Assembly (NCBI RefSeq): GCF_009914755.1
Contig: NC_060930.1
Source of the DNA: the human T2T-CHM13v2.0 reference genome, Homo sapiens
Direction: 5' to 3' (one strand)
Length of the DNA stretch: 64,000 bases
Part shown: positions 1 through 16,879 of the stretch, one piece after another
Layout of the letters: each line of letters opens with the position of its first letter
Numbering within the stretch: position 1 is the first letter of the stretch
Notes under the pieces: model-generated
The model's input: the letters and a program-made list of their open reading frames with translations, nothing else
What the model was told of the DNA's origin: nothing
Database searches by the model: none
Program-made: the position numbers and the translations under genes

Positions 1-1566
1 GGAAAAACTGGCTCCGGCTGAAGCAGGAAATGGTGCTCCTTGTCAAGGTCATGTTGTCCTGTTGCTATAGAACTGAGAGACCCTGAGGATCAGCCCTCTG
101 AGGTTCCTGTTACCTCTCTTTACACTATTCATCCTCATAGGCCTCCAGGAAGGGGGCCAAATTCAGGGCCAGGACCAGGGCCAGTGGCTTGGTGAGGCAT
201 AGGCTTTGCTGTATGGGCCCTGTGGGGAGCTCTGGGGAGTTCTTATTCCCCTGGCTCATGGCCACCATCATGGAGAGACCCCCAGGGCTCTGGCAGCCAA
301 GTGGGCAGGAGCGGAGGGAGGGGGCATCTTGGGAGGGAGAGCCCCGAAAGGAAACAGGGTTTATAGACAGACTCCCGGTCATCACTGCTTGTAATGCTTG
401 CTCAGTGAACAGTGGCAGTGCTTTTCCTGACTCTTTCAAGAGAGTCCCTTCTCTCTCCTGCTAGGTGGGCTGAGATCCAGACTGGTTAGAAGCCTAACAT
501 GACCTGGCGTGTGAGACCTTGCACTCTCTGAATGTATTCCCCAAGTGTCATCAATAAGTCACTCCGGTTCTGGCATTTCCCTATCTTATCCTGCATACCC
601 CTCCTCCTGGCTCTGAGTCCTGAGGAGTGAGATTGCAGTTTTTGACCCATGTTCTTACTGAGAAGTGGGCTGTCATGCAGGTATAATATAAAATCCAGAA
701 GCTGCTGTCAGAATTATGTGAGAATTGGGAGGTGACAGCATGGGCCAATTTTCTGAATCTCTAGGGTGCTTTGATGCTTAAGAAGTCTTTCTGGGCTCCC
801 TGAGATTTGAAACCTCTTGTTTTATCTGTCCTTTCACTCTGGTTCTTCCTTTCCTTTCTTGGGGACTTCATGCTTCTCAAATATTTGTTAAGTGGGTGCT
901 TATATGGGACCTTAGAAAGCAACCAGCTAGGCATGCACTTGGAAAGGGACAGGAGGACTGAGAACAAGACTAAACATTTCTGTGAGATTGAGCAGCAGGA
1001 GAGCTTTGCTTCTTTACTGGTGTCAGTATGTGCCTGCAGCTCCTGGGCTGCCTTTACTCGAGTGAGATCCATTTACAAGACTCCTGACTCTTCTACTCCA
1101 CTTTATTACAAAAGATGTTGATGCTCGTTTTAAAAACAATTTAAACTACAAACATGAATAAAGGTATTTATCTCCCCACCAGTCCCCCTCATTCTCCCTT
1201 CCCTCCTGTTCTTAGACTGGTTTCCCCTCCCAGTAGTTTAGGTTGTGGGGCAAGTGTGTGTAGCTCTGCATCAGTGTCTTAAACAAAATGAGTGTGTCGC
1301 GGATGCGCAGCTCGGCCACTTCCTGTTTTCTTCGGCTGTATGTCACGGCCATCCTGCCATGGCACCATGTCTGTGCCACCTGCTGCTCTTGGGCATCTGC
1401 AGAGAATTCCATGACATGGATCTTGAGGTAGTCTTCTTCAGCTTTTTCTACTTCATCTTATTTTCTACAATCATTTATATCTGCTTGTAAAACCTTTTTT
1501 TAAAAAACTTGCTTACTAGACACAGCACATGTTCATTTTAGAAAATGTAGAAAAATCAGATAAGCA

Positions 1567-1871
1567 GCCGGGCATGATGACTCATGCCTGTAATCTCAGC
1601 ACTTTGGGAGGCCAAGGCAGGCAGATCACCTGAGGTCAGGAGTTCGAGACCAGCCTGGCCAACATGGTGAAACCCCATCTCTACTAAAAATACAAAAATT
1701 ATCTGGGTGTGGTGGTGCGTACCTGTAGTCTCAGTTACCTGGGAGGCTGAGGTGGGAGAATCACTTGAACCCAGGAGGTGGAGGTTCCAGTGAGCCGAGA
1801 TCATGCCACTGTACTCCAACCTACGTGACAGAGTGAGACCCTGTCTCCCCGCCCCCCCCACCAAAAAAAAA
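1567..1871 (+). mobile_element. AluS element with 16-bp TSD
   Basis: Full dimeric Alu; AAAAATCAGATAAGCA at 1551-1566 and 1872-1887. Confidence 0.95.
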
Positions 1872-3120
1872 AAAAATCAGATAAGCAATAAAAAAAGTAG
1901 AAATGACCCCTAAGAGGTAACATTTTGGTGTGTATAATACAAATGTCTTTTACATTTGCTCCCTCATCTCAGCATTGCCACTGCCATTAAAGAAGGCACA
2001 TGGTCATTAGTCCCATCTCACAGATAGAAAGCCTGAGCCACAGAGAGGGTAGCAGGTTGCCCAGAGGTACACAGCATAGTAAAGACAGAGCTGGGGGTGT
2101 ACCTGTCATATAACTCAGCACTAATGCTCTCTCCACTGTAGCCCACTTGCTGTCTTCGCACCTTGGGACAGAGAGGGGGGTGCCAGGCATTGGATTTCAG
2201 ATGCATTGAACTGCCTTATCCGAAGGTTAATAGACAGATGACTGCTTGAGGAAAGCCCCTGATTGACTTAGGAGAAGAGGTAGAAGACACGCTCTTCAGG
2301 TTTACAGACAATATGAGACAAGGGATTGTTTGCGCTTTAGAGAACAGAATCGGGCTTAGAAAACCCTCAAAGAGCTCTAATGACAGGTCAGGAGCAACAG
2401 GATAAACTTTGGAAGGGGTGGATGTAAAGGGGCCCCCTTCTATTTCCGTAAGCACAGGAAGGCCTGACTTGATGTTCAGGCAGTGATGACTGGTCTGCCT
2501 GGGAGTCATAGTGGACTGTAAGCAGGGGGACATGTCATTTCAACACTTTAACTTCATCTTACTTCCTGGGAGTGTTAGGAGCCACACATCAAGAGGACGT
2601 GATGAACTAAGGAAGAGGGTTTGGGAACCTGTCAAATGACAAATGCTGCAGTGACAGAGGTTTCACCTAGAGAAGATGGGTTTGGGGAGGAAAAGGTGCA
2701 GGCCAAGACTTGGTGACCAGGGCCAGGCAGGACAGGACCAGGAATGGCAGTTAGTTGAAGGGAGAGTCTAATTGGTCAGGATACAGAACACCTTTTTAGC
2801 ATTAGAGTTCAGGAATAGTAGCGAGAGGCAGTACAGTAGAGTGGTTAAGAGCTCCTGCTCTGATGGCTTACTGGCTCCCGGCTCCCAGAGTCTTGGAAGT
2901 TACCTCACTCTTCCATGTTCCAATTTTCTCATCTGTAAATGGGGATAATGGGTACCTGCCTTATAGTCCACTTGTAAAACCTAAGGGAGTTACTCCATGA
3001 AAGCAGCTTAGAATAATGCCTGGCACACAGAGGTGCTGTGCACTGTTTGATTCACACGGAAGCTGGGTAGGCTCCATGGAAGAAGAGTTGTAGAAGGTCT
3101 TCTGCATGCATTTGGTATGA

Positions 3121-3580
<460 letters not shown>

Positions 3581-3625
3581 CTATTTCTTCTTCTTTAAAT
3601 TGTTTTTATTAAAAAAAAAAAAAAA

Positions 3626-3969
<344 letters not shown>

Positions 3970-4574
3970 TCAAGCAATCCTCCCATCTCAACCTCCCTGC
4001 CCAGCTGCTGTGCCCAGCAGTATTTTCTATAATTAGCATAGTGTACTTTTCAGATTATCTTGAAGACCCAGCTCTCCTTGACCTTGAACCTTCCCTGAGG
4101 CCTCCAGAGGCAATTTCCTCCTCAGGACTCAGCTGCCCTTCACTCTTCCCTCGTGCACAGCCTGTCCTGTGAGTAGGTGCAGGTACTGACTGGTCTTATC
4201 TTTCGCCCTGAAAATATAAACGTTTTAAAGGCACCTGAGGATTTGTCAGCACCTCCCCACCCCCACCCTGGGTCTGACCTAGGACTCTGAGTCAGGGAGG
4301 CCTCCCTCCACTGAGTAATAGTAGCCTTGGGATCTGCTCAGCAAGAGGATTGTATAGTTTAAGGGAGGAAGAAGCACCAGTGCTGCCTCCCCATGGGAAA
4401 AATGAAGCCCCCCCTCCCGCAACCACCACCACCACAGAACCACCAACCCCAACGTCACTTGGCAGATTAGCAAAAGAACTAGCCAGACGCTGCTAGGCCC
4501 CTCAGGCTTCTAGATTCGCTCTCCACCACATTTCTACCAATTTATGCTCATCTTGATAAGCTCCTCCTTTGAAG

Positions 4575-4670
4575 GGTCTGGAATGGTCTGGAGTGGTCTG
4601 GAAAGCAGGGTCAGATACCCCTGGAAAACTGAAGCCCGTGGAGCAATGATCTCTACAGGACTGCTTCAAG
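4575..4670 (+). other. PPARD: PPARD alternative non-coding 5'UTR cassette exon (96 nt)
   Basis: Acceptor ctcctcctttgaag|GGTCTGG and donor TTCAAG|gtgcgt; sequence recognised as spliced onto GCTGATGGGAACC in a PPARD cDNA. Confidence 0.8.
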
Positions 4671-5856
4671 GTGCGTGGTGAACAGACGTCTTTTTGCAAT
4701 TATGCCAGTTGCTCCTCTGATACTTGAGGGTTATGTGAATCTAACAACAGACAAAAATCTCTGCCTCCTGGGGCTTATATTCTTTGGGAAGAGACAAGCA
4801 CTAAACAAATAAGGAAATATATATACACTCTGCCAGATAGCCATAAGACGGATGGAGAAAGTTGAAGCAGGGAAGGGAGATGGAAGTACCTGAGGGTGGA
4901 CTACGCATATTTGAAATAGGGAAGCCAGGGAAGACCTCACTGAGATGGCCACATTTGAGAAAGGACCTGAAGAAGGTGAGGCAGTGAGCTGTGGAGGTGG
5001 GTAACTGGGGAGGGGGAAGAACTTTAGCTAGAGAGAAAAGCCGCTGCAAAGGCCCACTGAAGGCAGGATATGCCTGCTGTGTCGAGACCAGCAGGAGGCC
5101 GTGTGCCTGGTACTTAATATACCAGAAGGAGTGGAGCAGGCAGGGGTACCAGTTCCAGAAGGACTTGCTGGCAGGTATTAAGATGGGCTTTTTCTCTGTG
5201 ATAGGAAGCTCCAGGAAGGATTTGATCACAGGAGGGACAGAATCTGAATTGTATTTTAGAAGGATCCCTTTGACTGCTGTACAGAGAGTGGGTGGTGAGG
5301 TGGGAGGCAGAAGCCAGAAAGCCAGTTAGGAGGCTGTTAAGTAATCCAGGCAGGAGATGGTGTTGGCTGGGACCAGGGTCATAGCAGTAGAGGTGGTGAG
5401 AAGTAATTAGATTCCGTATATTTATTAAAGGCAAAGCCAGCAAGATTCCTTGACTCTAACTTAAAGGTTGGAGTTGTCATTTACTGAGATGAGAGAGACC
5501 ATGGGGGGAAGGTAAAGGGCTCGGTTTTGGATGTGTTAGGCTTGTGCTGCCATTGGACATCCGTGTGGAGGTGTCAGAGAAGCTGGCCTGGAGAAATAAA
5601 TTGGGGAATCATCAGCATACTGAAGGCATTGGAAGGCACAAGCTGGCATAAGATCAGAAAGAGATGGAGCGTAGATGGAGAATGAAAGAGACCTTTAGAG
5701 ATTAGGAAGAAAATTACTGACTGAGACCAACAAAGTAGATTGATACGGAGCAGCCAGTGATATCAGAGCAAAACCTGGGAGGAAGCCAAATGAAGAGAAG
5801 GCGTAGAGGAGGAGGGATCGAGCAGTCATATCACTATCACATGCTATCGTGGGTCA

Positions 5857-6838
<982 letters not shown>

Positions 6839-7509
6839 CTAGTCATTTTCATGAGAATCATGATCTTTATGTAAATTCGTATTGTATTTTTCACTTATGT
6901 TATTAAATATTCTATGAAAACATGAGTTTAATGACTAGGTAATACTCAGTTGTCTGGGTGTGCCCTAATATATTTAACCATTCCTCTATTATTGGGCATT
7001 GGGCCATTTCTGATTTTTTGTTATTATAAATAACATTGCAGTGAACAGCTCAGTGTTTTCCTATAAGGGGAAGTATAGGGTCAAAGAACGTGAACGCTTT
7101 TAGGTGAGACTTGAACTTGAGATCCCTGGGTTCTCCTGGACAGACCGACCAATCACAGCTTAACTGTGGGATTTTTCCATGTCTCCTCTCTCCCTGGGAA
7201 GGTTGAGAAGTCTCTCTGCCCTGCAGATCCCTATTCCTGCCTCCCCGCTGCAATTGCACGTCCCATTTCTCCTGGGCCAGTCAGAGTTTCATTGCCTCTC
7301 ATGGGGCCTGCTGGCCACCCACTCAGTGGCTGCCCTTCTCCTTACCACCAGCCTTCGTCCCCTCACCTAGAGCATTCACAGGCGAGCAAGAGCCAGTCAG
7401 AGCTTCCCTCAGAGTAGGGGGTGTAGTGATAAATGAAATAGCCCTGCCTTCACTCATCTCACTGGGTCGATTAAGTGATGTGTGATGTACCTGAAAGCAC
7501 TTCAGGAAC

Positions 7510-7547
7510 TTAAGAGTCTCATGCTCTACCAACTGAGCTAGCCAGGT
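7510..7547 (-). pseudogene. tRNA-Lys(CTT) 5'-half fragment
   Basis: Reverse complement ACCTGGCTAGCTCAGTTGGTAGAGCATGAGACTCTTAA vs tRNA-Lys-CTT GCCCGGCTAGCTCAGTCGGTAGAGCATGAGACTCTTAA (35/38); no T-arm or 3' half. Confidence 0.85.
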
Positions 7548-7593
7548 GCCCTTAAAGGGCTGTCCTAGTCTTAATTGTTTGTAAAGAAATAGG

Positions 7594-7898
7594 TAGCTGG
7601 GCATGGTGGCTCACACCTGTAATCTCAGCACTTTGGGAGGCTGAGGCGGGTGGATAACCTGAGCCCAGGAGTTCGAGACCAGCCTGGGCAACATGGCAAA
7701 ACCCCGTCTCTACAAAAAATACAAAAATTTGCCAGGCGTGGTGGTGCACACCTGTGGTCCCAGCTACTCAGGAGGCTGAAGTGGGAGAATCACCTGATCC
7801 TAGGAAATCGAGGCTGCAGTGAGCTGTGATTGTGCCACTGCACTCTAGCCTGGGTGACAGGGAGATCTTGTCTTAAAAAAAAAAAAAGAAAAGAAAAA
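7594..7898 (+). mobile_element. AluJ element
   Basis: Full Alu with J-type GAGCCCAGGAG / CGAGGCTGCAGTGAGC. Confidence 0.9.
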
Positions 7899-8423
7899 GG
7901 TATAAGTGGTGGTGTCCACATTGTAACCACAGAGCCCCTAAAGCAGGGCTGTTGACCTATGGTTGGCATCCTGGTCACAAGAGCTCTGTGTCAGATGTGT
8001 GAGGGGCTTGGGTGTAGTTGTCAAGCCTGGGAATGTGGCTGTTAGTATCGATTGGCCTCATGCCAAGCAGTGCCAAGCGCCACGTCTGCTCCCCAGATAC
8101 CTGTGTTTGTATGTGTGTGTCATAGTCGGGAATCACTGAGACCAGGACCTCTGGGAGGCTGAACCCTGGGAGGGCAGAGCAGGAACAGGCCTTGGAGATG
8201 ATCTAATTCTGACATTTTACTCAGTGAGGACACAGGTGGGGCAGCCAGAGAGGTACTCAGCTCTGAGTCAGGGCCCCATCCCTCAACTCCTCAGCCTGAG
8301 TCTTCCCAGGAACACAACAGGCAGCTGCTTCCCAGACCTTGCAGGGCTCCAGGTGGCCTTCCCCTCCTGCCGACTCCCTTGCCAGGTTTGCTGTAACTAT
8401 TGCTCCTCCGAGCCTGGCTGAAA

Positions 8424-8474
8424 TCATCTTCAGTCTGTTATCACCTTCAGTCTGTTCTCATCTTCAGTCTGTTC
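8424..8474 (+). repeat. 17-bp tandem repeat x3
   Basis: TCATCTTCAGTCTGTTA / TCACCTTCAGTCTGTTC / TCATCTTCAGTCTGTTC. Confidence 0.9.
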
Positions 8475-11400
8475 TCCACAGCAGCCTGAAAAGTCTTTGT
8501 AAAAATGCAGCTCTGTTCCTCCCCATCCTCTTCATAACCCCCTTGGCTCTCTGCTCCTCCCAGAATAAATACCCACATCCTCAGCTTACCCTTCAAGACG
8601 CTGAGTGACCTCTAGCCACAGCCCTTCTCTCTACCCACAGACAGCCCAGGTCCTCATTCCTTGGGCCTTTTCACATCACTGTTCCCATCACCCTGGAATC
8701 CCACTCAGCCTGCCTGGGCCAGAGGCTACGTAAGGTCCTCAGGAAAGCGTCTCCTGGCCACTCGCACCTGACTCATGTGCTCTGAGTGCCACACCTTGCT
8801 TGGCATTTGTCCTTCATAGCCCTGGTCATTGCTGGCTAATGTAGCCTGGCACATGGTGGTAGGTACTTGACAAATATTTGTTGAACAAGTGAATGAAACC
8901 AGCTGGCAGGGACCAGAAGGGCAGAGGGGCAGGGACAGTGTCCACAACCATAGCCCCTGTGGTCTTAGCTGAGAAGGGCTCTGGCTCGGTCTCTGGTGAG
9001 TCTCTCTGCTGGCCGGCAGAACCACCCTACCCTGGAAGCCCTCTCCATGTAGTGTGAGGGGTCTCAGGCCCATTCAGGCTTCAGTAGGAGAGATCTGGGT
9101 CTCTTCTGGGACCTGAGCAGGCCTTTCCTTTACCTCGTTGGCATCTCTCAGCATTTTATTTGGTTTTAAAAATGTCTCCCCCTTCCCCCGACCAACCCCA
9201 GATTATAAAGGTATCCCACGCTCACTGTGAAGAAATTGGATAACATAGGAAAATATAATTAAGAAAATCGAAATCACCTACAGCTCCACCCCTCAGAGAA
9301 AAGTACCCTTAACATTTGTGGCCATGTCTTTTCAGTTTTGTTTTTATGCATGTGTATGTGCTTTGACATTGCTGAGCTTCTCTTTGTGAAAACCACAGAT
9401 TTTTCGCAGTCTTCAGTGGCTGCGGTCAGAGGTGGTCAGCACGTTAGTGCTCCCAGTGGAGAGGTGATGCAGGGATCTGGGTGCCCCTTTCTCCCTACTG
9501 CAGGTGGGTGGGTGGGCACACCCAAGGCCCCCTTCTGTGGCAGCTTTCCTATCCCTGGTGAAGAGTACCCTCCTGTCTCTGGTCTCTTCTCCAGGACATT
9601 CTCCAGCCCTGGAGGCTGTTCCTAGGGGGCTGCCTCTTGGGGCAATGGGAAGAATTGTGGAATGCGTGGGTGGCCTCCTGGCTGTCTTTTCTCTGGTTCC
9701 AGCACTCTCTGAACAAAACCAGCCCCAGGCCACTCCTGGGGATTGGCCTCAGGTGACTCTCTGGGCTGACTCTGGCCAGCTAGAAGGCCACCCGGGCTTC
9801 TCCTGTGTCCTTAAGAGGGTGGGGTGACCTGGATTGGCAAATAGTAAGCAGAGAACACGGCAGAGTTGCTGGCCTAGAAAACCAGGTCACTAGGTCAGCA
9901 CTTGGATTAATGATTGATAAGAAAGGTTGGGAGAGAATCAGCCAGACCCATTCTCCCATGACATCCCTCACTTCTGATCCCAAAAGCACCTGCCACGGAG
10001 ACGGGGCAACCTCTGTCTTGTATCCAGAGGCTGCCCCTTATTCCGTTGCAGTATGGGAGGAAGGAGGTGACAGCAACTGGGTCACCTGCATGTGGGGCGA
10101 GAAGGGGAGGAAGGTTTAGGCCCTTCTCCCTGAAAAAAGAAGCATGTGCCCAGAGTAGGGGGCTCCCTGCCGGTTCTCTCCCCACAATTGATGGTGAGGC
10201 AGGGAACTGGGAAGTTCTGTCTGTGGAGGTCCCTTGGGTTTCAGCAGGCTAGCACATTTCTAGGACTGGAATATCACCATACAATCCCTTAACACAAGCC
10301 ATGGGTGATAATAATAGCAGCAGCCACTGTGGTCCTTATTTGTAGGACCCTTACTATCTACCTGGCACTGTTAAGCAGTTACTGCATCGTTATTTATTCC
10401 ACACAGCAGCCTCTCAGGTTAGGTGGTAGTATTCCAGTTTTAATGTCTTCCCCAAGTCATAGGATGGGAGGGATGAGCCAGGGTGTGAACCCAGGCCTGA
10501 CTGAAGCCGGTGGAATTCACTTCTTTGGAGTATTGCATCTCGATGGCAGTAATATATGAAAACTGATACAGTGGCAAGTGCTACAACTCAGAATAGTGTG
10601 GCTAAGGCTCATGTTTTTAGTATATTTATTCATCCAGCAAACGTATGTTGAGGACCCACTAAATGCCAGGCACCGTGCCAGGTGCTGGGACCTACCTCAG
10701 TAAGATACAGGGCATTCTCTGGGAAACTGATAACATGGTGAGGCCAGAGCAGTTAGCAGACATTGCAGTTTGGTGTAGTGATTGCAGATCTGGAGGGCCC
10801 GGGTCAGGGTTGTGGTGAGAAGGAACAGAATGGAGCTAGTCCAGGAGAGCTTCCCGGAAGAGGAGGTGCAGACAGGTCGCGAAGGAGAGAAGGTTTTAGC
10901 TAGTGGAGGGGATGGCATTCAAGGCAGGTGCCAGTTCAAGCCTCCATGCTCAGGGAGTGATGTGGGATCATGAGGCACATAGGCAGGCAGAGCAGGAGGA
11001 TAGGCCTGGAGAGGGAGGCAGGGACGAGAGCCTGTGGCTGTCTTCAGCACACAGGAGTCATTTTCTGGCAGTAATGTCCAGAAGGGCTTTGACCAAGGTG
11101 TTCTTGACAGAAACAGCTGGGGACTGGCAGCCAGACAGAGGATTCAGAGGTGATGGCTCCAGACTGAGACTAAGGAGCCCCAGCTGGGCAAGGACATGCC
11201 AGCTCCTGGTCCAGTCTTACCCAGCACCATATATGAGGCACACAGTAGAGTGGCTAAGACTTGAGCCAACCTGCCTTGACTCAAATCCTGCTTCTCTAGT
11301 TACTGTGTGACCTTGAGCCAATTACTTTGCCTCTCTGTGCCATAATTTCCACGTCAGTTAAATGGAGATGATAATAGTACCTGCCTCTTAGGGTTGTTGT

Positions 11401-11961
11401 GAGGATTACATTTGCCAACATACACAGAGCATGGTGTGTAATAAGTCCTTGGAGAAGGGAAGCTAGTACTATTGTGATGGAGGTGGTGATCCAGCTTAGG
11501 CTCTGGTACAGTAAGAAGGTCCATCAGGCTGTACCATGTGGCAGATGGAGCCCATGGAGGATGGAGGCCCCTGGCACACTGACTGTCCCCACTCATCCCC
11601 TGGGTAGGGCAGAAGTGTTCCCACACCGTACAGCCTGCCAGTGGGCATCAGGGAAACACCTGAGTCACCACGAGGAGTACGAGGCACTTGGGGGTTGCCC
11701 AGCTGACCAGGAGCACAGAGGGCTGCCCTGAAAGTGAGCCCCTCCCTACTCCTAGCAGAGACGGGGAAGGGAGACAACTGGACTTGGTGGGAAGGACTGG
11801 GCCCCAGGTGGCTTAGTTGCTCTGGCCCCAGACCAGGTCTCTCTAGAGCTCTGGGCCATTTGGGTTAAGCTTCTAACTACCACTGCCCATGAAATTCACC
11901 TGCCAATGGGCAATGGATGGAGTCATGCCCCTCCCTGCACCTAAGTTCTCTGAAGGGCTGA

Positions 11962-13300
<1,339 letters not shown>

Positions 13301-14628
13301 AGCCTGTGCTATCTTTAGTGCCAGGGCTTAAGAAAGGAAGAGGAGAATAGGGTTCATTGCAGGAATTGTGGTGGGTGGGGTGGCAGCTACCTGAGAAAAT
13401 CTAGACAGTGGGCCTAGGTCCAGTGGGTCAGGGGAGAGAGCCTAGGGGTCAAGGTTGCTCCTGGCTGGGCAAGCTGAGAACAGGGAGCAACCTTGGCTCA
13501 GGGTAGATGACAGACCTCAGCTGTAGATGGAGCAAGGAGGCCATATGAAAATGGCAGGCTTCTGGCAAAATGCAGGGATGGGCTGCAGCACAGCAGTTCA
13601 ATCTAAATAGGAGCAGCCCAAGGGACGTGGGTAGGTTTTAGAACAGCCAGGCTACAGCTCCCCTTCCTCTTCACTGGTGTCCTTGAGAGGCCACAGTCAG
13701 AAGAGACAATTCCAGGCTAGGGAGAGATGTCAGCGTGGGAACTAGAGACCCTGGTCCCAAATTCAGAACTCTAGCCAGAGTCCAGAACTGCATCTGAGTC
13801 TAAGAGGCAACCACTTACTTACACCTCCCGAAACTGAGAACAGTTTTACCGGTTCTGGTGAAAAAAACCCACTACCAGCTCATATGTGGGAGTGGGAGCT
13901 GAGGCTCTGCTGAGTAACACGGCCCAGTGCACACAGCTGTCAGGGCCTGGCCCGGCTCGAGTCCTGCTGTGTCCGAAGCTCTGCCGTTTTCTGCTTCGTC
14001 CTCTAGCATGTTCTGAGATGCCCTGTTGGGATCCTCAGGCCTGTCACTTTTGTCATCTGCAAGGGGGGCCTATAAGGCCTTAATGGGGGCTGGCGAGGCT
14101 TGAGTGGGAGCGTGACGCATAGTGGGAGCTCAGTCAGCTCCCTCCCCTCCCTCCAGGATTTGGTCCTGACAGGGAGCTCCATCAGGTCTTCCCCAGGGTC
14201 ACCAGAGGCTCAGATGCTGTGTTGTCAAGTATATATACCAGGCAGTATTGTAGCTTTTCCTCCTCTGTTACTGCCTGCTAAGCGGGGACCCCACATCTTC
14301 ACGTCCTCCTCTTCCTGGCTCTCATCACCACAGCCTGGTGTGCATTGCCCCGTGTCCACTGACACCCACGCCACATGGGTCCAAAAACAGAGTGTGTTCT
14401 CATTGCCTCATCCCACTCACCCTGGGCTCTGCCGCCACTGCGCTGTGGCTCTCGGGGGTCCCACCATCTGACCCTTGTCACCCGTGCTGCTCCTTCTCTT
14501 GGGACTCATCCCTTCTGAGGCCTCCCGTGGCCCCTTCTCACCCTCCCCTACCTCCTCCATCTCCAGGCTTTCAATCTGGTGGAGCATAAAGAATCAGTGT
14601 TTCTGGTACTTGTTATTTGGATAATGGC

Positions 14629-14780
14629 ACCTAATGCTAAATGACGAGTTAATGGGTGCAGCACACCAGCATCGCACATGTATATATAGGTAACTAACCT
14701 GCACATTGTGCACATGTACCCTAAAACTTAAAGTATAATAATAATAAAATAAATAAATAAATAAAATAAAATAAAATAAA
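14629..14780 (+). mobile_element. 5'-truncated L1PA (L1PA3/4-like) 3' end
   Basis: ACCTAATGCTAAATGACGAGTTAATGGGTGCAGCACACC...GTACCCTAAAACTTAAAGTATAATAA plus A-rich tail. Confidence 0.93.
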
Positions 14781-16299
14781 CTTTGAAAAAAAAGATTTCA
14801 GCTAAAATTAGTTTCCTCTCCATGCCGAGTCTGAATATATTATAAAAATAAAAGAATAATTGTCTTTCACACAATTAAAAAAAAAAAAAGCTGACTAATG
14901 CCACTACAGTCACACACTGCTGTTGGTAATTGCTAGGGTCCTTTTTCCAGTATTGTGGCCAACTTCCACCCCAGAACCCCACTCTACTCTTGAGCTAAGT
15001 GTCTTTATGTCTCCTATTTTAAATTAGGATTGCGTTCAGTTGCATGCAACAGAAATCCGGCAATCAGTGCCTGGTAAAACAAGTTTGATTTTTTCACCTA
15101 ACAAGCAGTCTGGAGGCCGGCATTGCAGGGTGGGTCCAGCAGCTTTGGGAGGCCACAGTGGCCAGGTGCTTTCGGACTTTTCACCCACCCTCCTACCCTG
15201 TCTTCTGCTGCTCCGAAGGCAGCTGCTACACCTCTAGGCATAGTATTCCTGTTCCAGGCAGGAAGATGGGAGGGGCAGAAGTTTGTCTCTCTATTAGGAA
15301 ATAATAGCTTTTTCGGAAGCTCCTCCTGGTAGATTTCTGTTCACATATTGCTGGTCAGAATTATGCCAATGAACACTGTAGCTGCAAGAGAGCTTGGGGA
15401 AATTGAGTGTTTAGGTAGGCACAGATTGCTGATCCAGAGAAGACTGAGACTCAGAAGGAAGGAGAATGGAGCTGGGGAGAAGTAGGAGTGACTGCCCCAG
15501 CTGCCACTTGGAGAAAGCCACGGGGTGAGCAGGACAGCACCTGTGAACATTTCCTGTGCTCTGGGTCTGGTGCTTCTCAAGTTTAACACCCAGGGGCGAG
15601 TGGTCAGGGACTGATCCTTGAGGAACTGATGTACATTAAACAAACTATCAAGTCCCTGCAATGCAGTGTAAATGAGTAAAGAGCCTGCAGGGGAGAAACT
15701 GCCACTAGTGGAGACCATGCGAGTGGGCAGCCGATTGCTTGGCTCTGGGGGTGGGTGCCAGAGGCATGCAGGTGCCCAAGGGCCAGGTCTGCCCAATTTT
15801 CAAGAGAAGCCAGAAAACCAAAATTTTTAAAGGTTTTTTCGTTCTAACTCTATTTTGAAAAAAGTTCGGTGTTACAGAGTAAGTTGCAGAGATTGTACAG
15901 AGTCCCCACATATCCTTTACCCAGCTCACATTAAATCTTACATAAAGGAACACTGGTACAATACTATTAACCAAAGTCAGTGTGTTGTTCAGACCTTACC
16001 AGTTTTTCTGCCACTGCCCCCTTTCTGCTTCGGGGATCTGGTCCAGGATCCCACATTCATTTAGTTGTGTCTCTGTGGTCTGCTCCTGTCTGTGAGGCTT
16101 CCTCAGTCACAAAGCTAGAGGTTTACGTGACCTTTTCCAGGTTTTCCCACTCTAATGATTTGGAAATCATACATCGGCATCTTGAGACATCTTTTGAGAA
16201 GTAAAGGGACTTGAGCTGATTGAATGTTGATCACTCCCTCTCATCTTCCACATTATTAAGTTTTGCCTTCTTATTTTATTATAATTTAAATTATTTTTA

Positions 16300-16607
<308 letters not shown>

Positions 16608-16644
16608 ACCCATCAGAAAACAGCTAAGAGTTTTGTGGTGGTGT

Positions 16645-16810
16645 TTTATTTTAGGTTCAGGGTACAGATGCAGGTTTGTTATGTGGGTGAACTTGTGTCA
16701 CAGGCGTTTATTATACAGATTATTTCATCACCCAGGTACTAAGACTAGTACCCGATAGTTATTTTTTCTGCTCCTCTCCTCCTCCCAGCCTCCACCCTCA
16801 AGTAGGCCCC
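16645..16810 (-). mobile_element. Older L1PA 3' end fragment
   Basis: TGCAGGTTTGTTA...TACAGATTATTTCATCACCCAGGTACTAAG...CCACCCTCAAGTAGGCCCC. Confidence 0.8.
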
Positions 16811-16879
16811 GAGGTTATTGTTAAGTCCAAGCAAGGGAAGGCCTGGTGGAAATGAATGTGTAGCCTTAACATGTTTTGT

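Noticed and set aside
7510-7555. Functional tRNA gene or carnivore CAN-SINE head
   Set aside because: Lacks B-box and 3' half; the CAN-SINE resemblance reflects shared tRNA-Lys ancestry and the context is primate Alu-rich
8424-8474. CRISPR-like array (also the 10-mer x3 at 4575-4604)
   Set aside because: No spacers; simple tandem repeats in eukaryotic DNA
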